Positions 6,099-11,476 of a stretch of DNA of 12,854 bases are shown one piece after another. Location: IMG/VR virus record IMGVR_UViG_3300032331_003080, positions 1 through 12,854 of that record. One strand, given 5' to 3'. The position numbers and the translations under genes were made by a program. The notes under the pieces were generated by a model. That model did no database searches and had not been told where the DNA came from. It saw only the letters and a list, made by a program, of their open reading frames with translations. Source of the stretch: a virus. Positions within the stretch are counted from its first letter, which is position 1. Each line of letters opens with the position of its first letter.

Positions 6099-6989
6099 AT
6101 GGTGCCAATATTCTTATTAACTTACAATGAACAGGATTCTTTTGTAGAAATTTACAACGACCAATTTGTACGAACTCACTTCGGCCCCAACAACATACAT
6201 TTTTATGTGTTAGACAATGGCAAGCAACCAAAAATCGAATCTTGGTGTCAACGCCACGGATACACATACTATGCCAGTGAATACAACATTGGCAGTTCGG
6301 GTGGCTACAATTGGATTTTTAAAACAGCATTTCGACTTAGGTTACAAGCGGCTGTATTAATGCAGGCCGATGTTGAAATTACGTCGGCCTGGCCGCTTTT
6401 GTTTACCTATCAACTTACTAGAGCGTTTGGAACGACACATTTTATTACTTGGCCACAAACTTTTCATCACAGTGATTATAGTGCAGAAATATCTTATCAT
6501 GATCTTAAATCAAATTTACCAAATTTAGGAAACCTTGTGGGATTTGATCCGATTATGATGTACCACAAAAATTGTTATTTTGATGAAAATTACGTGGTCA
6601 CACACTGTGATGATTTAGAATTTTTGTATCATATGCGTACTAAAAATATGAATGCTGTCAATGCAATTTCGCTATTGCCTGGTGCAGTAGAAACAGCTCA
6701 ACGATTTGTATTGCCTGGCACCGAAACTCGAACTCATTCACACGTGATAACATTTAATAATGAAGAAATAAGAATACATCATGTCAGCCAATTTTATGAA
6801 AGTCATGATCCTTGGTTAGCAGTTAACAAACCTTATTACGATCTTATGTGGGAACAATCACAATGCCAAACAAGAGCACCGTACGATCCTGCTCGGTGGC
6901 AACAGTTTGGATACCCTGCTTATCCAGTGCAACACGAACTTGATCGGTTTTTTAAACAATATCCAAAATTAACACATGGAGCGGAATAG
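6099..6989 (+). CDS. glycosyltransferase family 2-like protein
   Basis: This is the only convincing plus-strand gene. VPIFLLTYNE (GT2 N-terminal xxTYN motif), VLDNGKQ, YNIGSSGGYNWIFKTA (N.G.aGG.N block), QADVE (DxD-like). No SD upstream. The last 13 nt overlap tRNA-Gly on the opposite strand. Confidence 0.65.
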   Translation: MVPIFLLTYNEQDSFVEIYNDQFVRTHFGPNNIHFYVLDNGKQPKIESWCQRHGYTYYASEYNIGSSGGYNWIFKTAFRLRLQAAVLMQADVEITSAWPLLFTYQLTRAFGTTHFITWPQTFHHSDYSAEISYHDLKSNLPNLGNLVGFDPIMMYHKNCYFDENYVVTHCDDLEFLYHMRTKNMNAVNAISLLPGAVETAQRFVLPGTETRTHSHVITFNNEEIRIHHVSQFYESHDPWLAVNKPYYDLMWEQSQCQTRAPYDPARWQQFGYPAYPVQHELDRFFKQYPKLTHGAE

Positions 6990-7050
6990 CGGAATCGAAC
7001 CGCTGACTTGAACTTGGAAGGATCTCGTTTTACCATTAAACTAATTCCGC
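6977..7050 (-). tRNA. tRNA-Gly (anticodon UCC), CCA encoded, imperfect anticodon stem
   Basis: GCGGAAT/ATTCCGC acceptor, D-arm GTTT-AATGGTA-AAAC, anticodon loop CTTCCAA, T-arm AGCGG-TTCGATT-CCGCT, discriminator U (Gly-like). The AGATC/GTTCA anticodon stem has AxA and UxU mismatches. Confidence 0.72.
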
Positions 7051-7052
7051 AT

Positions 7053-7361
7053 TTAAATTGTTTGCTTTTTAAATTCTTCCTCGGCTTTTTTGTGCAAGAC
7101 AAACCATCTATTATGAATTAAATTAGCATATTCATAATTGTAATCTAATTGTGCATAATCTATTAATTGTTTATACAAATTCTCACTCAAAGTAGGCGCA
7201 TAAAGTTCAACCAAATCAATTAAAATTCCGTTGATACTATTTGCTAGTGTTGTTACCTCAGCAAATCTCTGTTCACAAAGGTTAATAAACACTTGTTCGT
7301 TCACACCATTGAAGTCTGGATTGATTTTTTTTATATAACAAACTTGGTAAAAATTTATCAC
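7053..7361 (-). CDS. C-terminal portion of a frameshift-interrupted hypothetical gene
   Basis: ORF track 102 aa. The nominal start is GTG 7361 with a weak SD. It overlaps the upstream ORF only around the A8 run (7332..7325). See the frameshift finding. Confidence 0.5.
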   Translation of the reverse strand: MINFYQVCYIKKINPDFNGVNEQVFINLCEQRFAEVTTLANSINGILIDLVELYAPTLSENLYKQLIDYAQLDYNYEYANLIHNRWFVLHKKAEEEFKKQTI

Positions 7362-7656
7362 TACTTTCTATAAAAATATTTAATTCATTAAATTGAGCTA
7401 ATTTGTTTTGCCATTCAAAATCATGATCTGGGTGCATGAACATTATAAATCTTTTTAAATCATCTCTCCATATCCATTCATAATCCAACCAATTTGAATG
7501 TGTTCTTTTGAGTGGGTATATACTATTAAGAATATAATTTACTTTGTCTGTAATAGATTGAAAATTAAAAAAATTAAATTTTTCATCTATTAATAATAAC
7601 CATCTTAAGTGATTACCGCCGGCTCCCCAAGGAGCCCAAATTGTTAAATTACTCAT
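7282..7656 (-). CDS. N-terminal portion of a frameshift-interrupted hypothetical gene
   Basis: ATG 7656 with GGAG 5 nt upstream. Very AT-rich. The frame ends 14 codons after the A8 run. No family recognised. Confidence 0.6.
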   Translation of the reverse strand: MSNLTIWAPWGAGGNHLRWLLLIDEKFNFFNFQSITDKVNYILNSIYPLKRTHSNWLDYEWIWRDDLKRFIMFMHPDHDFEWQNKLAQFNELNIFIESSDKFLPSLLYKKNQSRLQWCERTSVY

Positions 7657-7691
7657 CTATGCTCCGAAAAACTTGGCGGTCCCAGGAAGAA

Positions 7692-8432
7692 TTAAACTCC
7701 CGCCGTGAAAGGGCGGCGTCCTGCCCAATATGTGGTTTTTAACCAAGTTTGGTAAATGTGGTCAGCCATGGCTTGATGCTGGATCAAATTTGGTTCAATC
7801 CCGTTCAAGATACCATCACGATCCTGCACACTTGCATATTGTTCTCTAGCCAAGGTCCATTTAGGATCTTCGTCCATAGCCCATTCACGGGCTTTGTCTG
7901 CATCCATCTCTATATGAAACTGCATGGCCAGATGTGGCCCGATAGCAAATGCTTGGTTAGCACAAGCGGCTGAACCAGCCAGGCGTGTGGCACCAGTGGG
8001 TATACTAAAAGTGTCGTAGTGCCACTGTATCACGGTAGAGGTAGGTGCGGAACCAAACCACTGTTGTGTTTCAGGAACATCCTCATATTCAATGGGTTGC
8101 CAACCTATTTCAGGTTGCGGTGATATTCCGATTGTGGCACCTAGTGCTCGAGCCATCAATTGCCCACCCAAACAATGTCCTATGACCGGACGATCCAATC
8201 GCATGGCTTGTAGTATTAAAATTTCTGCTTGGCGATTACTCAGCAAGGGATCATTAGCACTCATGCCACCACCCATCACAGCCAAGGCTGAGTAAGGTTC
8301 TATGCTGACAGGAAACTGTTGCCACAACCCTGCATTGCGTGTCTCATGCGGAATATCGTGTTGGCCCAACCAGGTCACAAGGTATGCAGGACGCTCGGGT
8401 GTTTGGTGTTGTAGTATTAAAACAGGTTTCAT
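7692..8432 (-). CDS. class I glutamine amidotransferase (GuaA-GATase-like stand-alone domain)
   Basis: VIGHCLGGQLMA (nucleophile-elbow Cys) and LAMQFHIEMD (His-Glu) match the GATase1 triad. Visibly higher GC than its neighbours. No SD before ATG 8432. Confidence 0.82.
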   Translation of the reverse strand: MKPVLILQHQTPERPAYLVTWLGQHDIPHETRNAGLWQQFPVSIEPYSALAVMGGGMSANDPLLSNRQAEILILQAMRLDRPVIGHCLGGQLMARALGATIGISPQPEIGWQPIEYEDVPETQQWFGSAPTSTVIQWHYDTFSIPTGATRLAGSAACANQAFAIGPHLAMQFHIEMDADKAREWAMDEDPKWTLAREQYASVQDRDGILNGIEPNLIQHQAMADHIYQTWLKTTYWAGRRPFTAGV

Positions 8433-8449
8433 TGGGATATTTAGTCAGT

Positions 8450-8469
8450 AGAAACCCGCCGAAGCGGGT
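8450..8469 (-). terminator. intrinsic terminator ending the ssrA transcript
   Basis: Minus strand ACCCGC-TTCG-GCGGGT followed by TTTCT. GC-rich stem with a UUCG tetraloop. Confidence 0.6.
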
Positions 8470-8512
8470 CCTGGTGATTTCTGTTACGAGGTATTTCCTA
8501 CCCTAGGCTACT

Positions 8513-8545
8513 TTACGCGGCCAATGCGAACTGTGAGTCGTTAGC
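8513..8545 (-). other. tmRNA tag reading frame: ANDSQFALAA + UAA
   Basis: GCT AAC GAC TCA CAG TTC GCA TTG GCC GCG TAA. The upstream context GCAAAAAAAGTAAAC resembles the E. coli GCAAAAAATAGTC context before the resume codon (recalled). An in-frame upstream GCA (8560) would give AKKVNANDSQFALAA. Confidence 0.7.
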
Positions 8546-8724
8546 GTTTACTTTTTTTGCTTGATTAACGGTCATCGCCTACCGTGTTGCCGTCGCTACT
8601 ATCTAGCTCAATCGATCCTGTGTCATCCCCACCTAAATATACTGTATACACTTAGGTGGAGATGCCGGGCACTGCCCCCGGGTCTTGAACTCCTTCGTTT
8701 TGAAGGGATTACAACAATATTTGT

Positions 8725-8753
8725 ATTATATATTTATTTGATCAACTTGTCAA
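8725..8753 (-). promoter_or_regulatory. sigma70-type promoter P5 (class B, perfect consensus): TTGACA-17 nt-TATAAT, drives ssrA
   Basis: -35 at 8753..8748, which contains the TGA stop of the upstream small CDS. -10 at 8730..8725. Predicted start near A8718. Confidence 0.75.
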
Positions 8754-8917
8754 CCACCACGTCCGGTAACCTTGCGCATGGGCTTACCACCAGGTGAGGG
8801 TGGTGCTTTGCGTTTGGCCGCTTTCTGTTGTGTCTTGCTTAGTTTGGCATCAGGTTGATGTATGCCTTGCTTTTTTGCAAGTGCCTCTTTTATCTCTTCT
8901 GTAAAGTTTTTGCTCAT
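8750..8917 (-). CDS. small basic protein, 55 aa
   Basis: ORF track 8750..8965 trimmed to ATG 8917, which has AGGAG 6 nt upstream. The longer form would overlap the tRNA at 8932..9007. Sequence: MSKNFTEEIKEALAKKQGIHQPDAKLSKTQQKAAKRKAPPSPGGKPMRKVTGRGG. Confidence 0.55.
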   Translation of the reverse strand: MSKNFTEEIKEALAKKQGIHQPDAKLSKTQQKAAKRKAPPSPGGKPMRKVTGRGG

Positions 8918-8931
8918 CGCGTACTCCTGGT

Positions 8932-9007
8932 TGGTGCCTTGGGAGGGAATCGACCCCCCAGTCAAAGGATTATGAGTCCTCTGCTTTGACCGTTAAGCTA
9001 CCAAGGC
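8932..9007 (-). tRNA. tRNA with anticodon CAU (elongator Met or Ile2/lysidine type), CCA encoded
   Basis: GCCTTGG/CCAAGGC acceptor, D-arm GCTT-AACGGTCA-AAGC, anticodon arm GAGGA-CTCATAA-TCCTT, T-arm GGGGG-GTCGATT-CCCTC (G instead of U at position 54), discriminator A. Confidence 0.8.
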
Positions 9008-9015
9008 CCATGTGT

Positions 9016-9044
9016 ATTATATAGTAATATTGTTGCTATGTCAA
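9016..9044 (-). promoter_or_regulatory. sigma70-type promoter P6 (class B, perfect consensus): TTGACA-17 nt-TATAAT
   Basis: -35 at 9044..9039, which contains the TGA stop of CDS 9041..9349. -10 at 9021..9016. The tRNA 5' end (9007) is the 9th nt after the -10. Confidence 0.75.
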
Positions 9045-9349
9045 GCGATTAACCACGTAGTACTACGTTTTAATTCAATGCTTTCTTTTCCATCGTATTC
9101 AGTGATGCGAAACTCTTCACCCTGTGGCACCCACTCAACTATTAGGTGTGGTAATGCGCCTAAAAAGATAGTGGGATATTTGAGTCGGATGTAGATTTCT
9201 AATTTTTCCATTTGCTCAGATTCAACATACTCCACAATAACAGGATCAAATACCAATTCGGGATATTTAGTATTCCAGGTATACCAGCCTGCACCAAACT
9301 CTGGGCTGTACACCACACCTACCTTGCCATCTTGTATTAGTTTATTCAT
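9041..9349 (-). CDS. hypothetical protein, 102 aa
   Basis: Clean ORF with an 8-nt overlap (ATGAATAA) with the upstream gene. No family recognised. Confidence 0.7.
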   Translation of the reverse strand: MNKLIQDGKVGVVYSPEFGAGWYTWNTKYPELVFDPVIVEYVESEQMEKLEIYIRLKYPTIFLGALPHLIVEWVPQGEEFRITEYDGKESIELKRSTTWLIA

Positions 9350-10118
9350 CTTCCATACTTAATAAATTTTCCCATTGAGCTTTGCGATCCCAATAAAACG
9401 GCACCCATTTTTCCTTGTCAACAAGTGTTTTCAAATTGATTAATCGAGTGTTATCTAATTTGAAAGGTAATTTATGTAATAAACATTCAACCAGCCAGTT
9501 AAGATGTACAGCAGGTGATGGTTGAACTTCAGTTTGTCTAATGTTATTGTATTTAGGTTGAGTACTGTACTCGCTCATGCCTGCCCACGGTTTGTGCCAT
9601 GCCCAATTTGCATCTGTTAGTGTATTTTTTTGTGCCAAAGACAAATACTCAGGAGAATACGTAAACATATAATAGTATTGAATATTATTATTGTTAAAGT
9701 AATTTTTTAATAACAACATATAATTATAAGTTCTCAAGTTGGCTTGAGTTTCTTCTATATAAAAATCGTGATAGTGTGCAACTTCGGATTGTGTGCTACT
9801 ACTACTCAACCACCAATTATTATCTCCCAACTTAACTGTATTTTGTGAATACACAGGATCTGTGTTAATAATTGTATTCCACCTGGCGGTGTTGATTAAT
9901 TTATCTAGTCGGCGAGGACTTGCCCATTGCATAATAAAAATTCCGTCAGTAGGTGTTTGTAATGCCGCATTAAGCAAAAACTCATTGCCTGCACCAATAC
10001 CAGCAGTGTTTACTACCTCAACTTTGGGATAAATTGCTTGTAATAATTGCGGCCACTCCGGCCATATATGCCCCATGGCATAGCCATCTCCAAATGTATA
10101 GATTTTTTTTATATCCAT
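9342..10118 (-). CDS. SGNH/GDSL-like fold protein, divergent paralog of 5256..5966 (nucleophile position is Gly)
   Basis: IYTFGDGYAMGH (block I-like with GDG instead of GDS), GIGAGNEF (block III-like), SPAVHLNW (His block). Low GC. No obvious SD. Confidence 0.6.
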   Translation of the reverse strand: MDIKKIYTFGDGYAMGHIWPEWPQLLQAIYPKVEVVNTAGIGAGNEFLLNAALQTPTDGIFIMQWASPRRLDKLINTARWNTIINTDPVYSQNTVKLGDNNWWLSSSSTQSEVAHYHDFYIEETQANLRTYNYMLLLKNYFNNNNIQYYYMFTYSPEYLSLAQKNTLTDANWAWHKPWAGMSEYSTQPKYNNIRQTEVQPSPAVHLNWLVECLLHKLPFKLDNTRLINLKTLVDKEKWVPFYWDRKAQWENLLSMEDE

Positions 10119-10152
10119 CTAGTGGGGTATTGTTCTGCTGGTACGGGCATGA

Positions 10153-10326
10153 TTAATATACCTCTTTAATAATTTCAAATTCAGTTTTGGGATATTTTTC
10201 TTTGAATTCTTCAGATTGCACAAATTTATTAAAATCTGTTGCAGTAAAGAATACCCTTTTGAAAACACTTTGCAATTTTCCCTTTGGGACTATTGTCAGA
10301 TAGACGCTTGTTGCTTTGCCTGCCAT
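10153..10326 (-). CDS. hypothetical small protein, 57 aa (missed by ORF track)
   Basis: Hand translation: MAGKATSVYLTIVPKGKLQSVFKRVFFTATDFNKFVQSEEFKEKYPKTEFEIIKEVY. AAGGA lies 6 nt upstream of ATG 10326. It fills an otherwise empty 230-nt gap. Confidence 0.6.
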   Translation of the reverse strand: MAGKATSVYLTIVPKGKLQSVFKRVFFTATDFNKFVQSEEFKEKYPKTEFEIIKEVY

Positions 10327-10347
10327 TGTGGTTCCTTTAGTTGGTGT

Positions 10348-10674
10348 TTAGTCTGCACGGCTCATCATGTATGCTTTAATGCCGAACTTTTCCAAAGTTT
10401 CGGCATAGGCACGGGCGCCAGTTTCTTTCACATCCATGCTTTGTGTAAAGCTACCACCGGGGTTCCACAAGTCCAAGCCACCTGAGTAAGATTTGCGGAA
10501 GCCCACAGTTTTAAGAGCACGACCTAATTTGGTACTGGCTTTGACAGGTACGTTGACCCAGGCAAAACCACAGTAGGCCATTTCGCCATGTTTGGCAACA
10601 AAGTCTGCTTCGGCTTTACGAGCGGCCTCTGTAGCAGTATTGTGAACGGATTCAATGTTTTCGAGTGCAATCAT
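10348..10674 (-). CDS. hypothetical protein, 108 aa
   Basis: The ORF-track N-terminus (to 10737) starts at the TTG of the -35 hexamer. The real start is taken as ATG 10674 with AAGGAG 6 nt upstream. Sequence begins MIALENIESVHNTATEAARKAEADFVAKHGEMAYCGFAWVNV... Confidence 0.7.
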   Translation of the reverse strand: MIALENIESVHNTATEAARKAEADFVAKHGEMAYCGFAWVNVPVKASTKLGRALKTVGFRKSYSGGLDLWNPGGSFTQSMDVKETGARAYAETLEKFGIKAYMMSRAD

Positions 10675-10704
10675 TCGGGGCTCCTTGTTTGTGTTTATGT
10701 CCAT

Positions 10705-10733
10705 ATTATAGCATTTTGGGAATAATCGGTCAA
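10705..10733 (-). promoter_or_regulatory. sigma70-type promoter P7 (class A): TTGACC-17 nt-TGcTATAAT
   Basis: -35 at 10733..10728, -10 at 10710..10705. It shares 25 consecutive identical nt with P8. Confidence 0.7.
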
Positions 10734-10737
10734 CCAA

Positions 10738-11088
10738 TTACTCACCGTACTCGTCAGACTCTGCGTAATCTTCTGATGCTTCGCAAAATATTTTCATCCA
10801 ATGTTTCTTGGGCAAGGCATGCAACAATTCAGGAGTCACATAACATGGATTTTTGAGTTCGTATGTTTCTCTAGCACGACGGGCTAACTTTTGTATTACT
10901 TTTTCATAAGTTTCAGCAACCACAGGGTCAGCCAACATGTCCACATATATTTTTTTCTTGCTCAGTTTGAACTTCTTGAGCATAACTGGCTCCCAAGTTT
11001 GATCATAGTCGCCGTATGCAATGTCCTTGCACACTTTCTGCAAACTTACTGGGGTTACCTTGATTGTGTTTTTTAAAGTTACTTGCAT
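10738..11088 (-). CDS. hypothetical protein, 116 aa, acidic C-terminal tail
   Basis: ORF track trimmed to ATG 11088, which has AGGAG 6 nt upstream. The track's start is the TTG of the P8 -35 hexamer. The tail is EASEDYAESDEYGE. Confidence 0.7.
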   Translation of the reverse strand: MQVTLKNTIKVTPVSLQKVCKDIAYGDYDQTWEPVMLKKFKLSKKKIYVDMLADPVVAETYEKVIQKLARRARETYELKNPCYVTPELLHALPKKHWMKIFCEASEDYAESDEYGE

Positions 11089-11119
11089 TCTGGCTCCTGT
11101 TTTGTTACTGTATGTCCAT

Positions 11120-11148
11120 ATTATAGCATTTTGGGAATTATTGGTCAA
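11120..11148 (-). promoter_or_regulatory. sigma70-type promoter P8 (class A): TTGACC-17 nt-TGcTATAAT
   Basis: -35 at 11148..11143, -10 at 11125..11120. The TAA stop of the GIY-YIG gene (11140..11138) lies in the spacer. Confidence 0.7.
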
Positions 11149-11470
11149 CCTTTTTGACCCGTATATCTGTGTTCAAAACAGGTGTATACTTTTGTATTAA
11201 TTCCCGCTCCAATTTGTGTGCCTGGGCTTTGCCACGTACAATGTCCACGATTGCAAAATTCACAGCCCGCTCGCCGTTTGTGCGAATTGCTTCGTACAAG
11301 TTCCAACTCTTGCTTTCAGTGCGACTGCGGTAGATGTGCTTGTTAACACGGCTCTGCAGGCTCATGTTAATAGTACGCTGGGTTTTAGCGGTAATACCAA
11401 TGTAGTACTCTTCCCCAATTTGGAGCATGTATACTATATGAGTGCGATCTGAACGTTTCTTTCTTATCAT
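11138..11470 (-). CDS. GIY-YIG nuclease catalytic domain only (110 aa); candidate leaderless mRNA
   Basis: [17 protein letters not shown] (GIY...YIG), R...H (RVNKH), [20 protein letters not shown] (conserved Glu and Asn) resemble the I-TevI/Seg catalytic domain. The only start upstream of the first beta-strand is ATG 11470, 7 nt after the P9 -10. Confidence 0.72.
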   Translation of the reverse strand: MIRKKRSDRTHIVYMLQIGEEYYIGITAKTQRTINMSLQSRVNKHIYRSRTESKSWNLYEAIRTNGERAVNFAIVDIVRGKAQAHKLERELIQKYTPVLNTDIRVKKVDQ

Positions 11471-11476
11471 GTGTGT

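Larger units (their letters stand above)
8447..8718 (-). ncRNA. ssrA: ssrA: circularly permuted (two-piece) tmRNA precursor
   Basis: Acceptor piece about 8718..8655, ending with T-arm CCGGG-GGCAGTG-CCCGG, then CATCTCC-A-CC. Intervening segment 8654..8631. Coding piece 8630..about 8450 starts GGGGATGACACAGGATCGA. G3 (8628) pairs with U (8660). Tag ORF ends ...FALAA-TAA. Ends at an intrinsic terminator. Confidence 0.85.

Noticed and set aside
7621-7636. Perfect GC hairpin GGCTCC-CCAA-GGAGCC within the AT-rich gene 7282..7656.
   Set aside because: It lies inside coding sequence (encoding APWGAGG) about 20 nt past the start codon. There is no evidence it is more than codon-driven coincidence.
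7660-7716. GGGACCGCCA (a tRNA-like 3' end look-alike) and the hairpin CCGCCC-TTTCAC-GGCGGG at the 3' end of the GATase gene.
   Set aside because: No T-arm or acceptor partner could be folded around the CCA-like end. The hairpin lies inside the coding sequence and is followed only by a weak T-tract (AGTTTAATTCTT). At best it is a weak terminator.
8513-8560. Longer tag AKKVNANDSQFALAA starting at GCA 8560.
   Set aside because: It is in frame and cannot be excluded. The A-rich ...UAAAC context directly before GCU 8545 better matches known resume-codon contexts, so the 10-residue tag is preferred.
8685-8691. GTTCAAG in the tmRNA acceptor piece as a candidate T-loop, and a standard one-piece tmRNA reading of the locus.
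   Set aside because: No flanking complementary stem exists, and the position relative to the acceptor strand is wrong. The segment pairs better with UUGAGCU of the coding piece. No CAUCCCC-ACCA-type acceptor strand exists downstream of the tag, so a one-piece gene is not supported.
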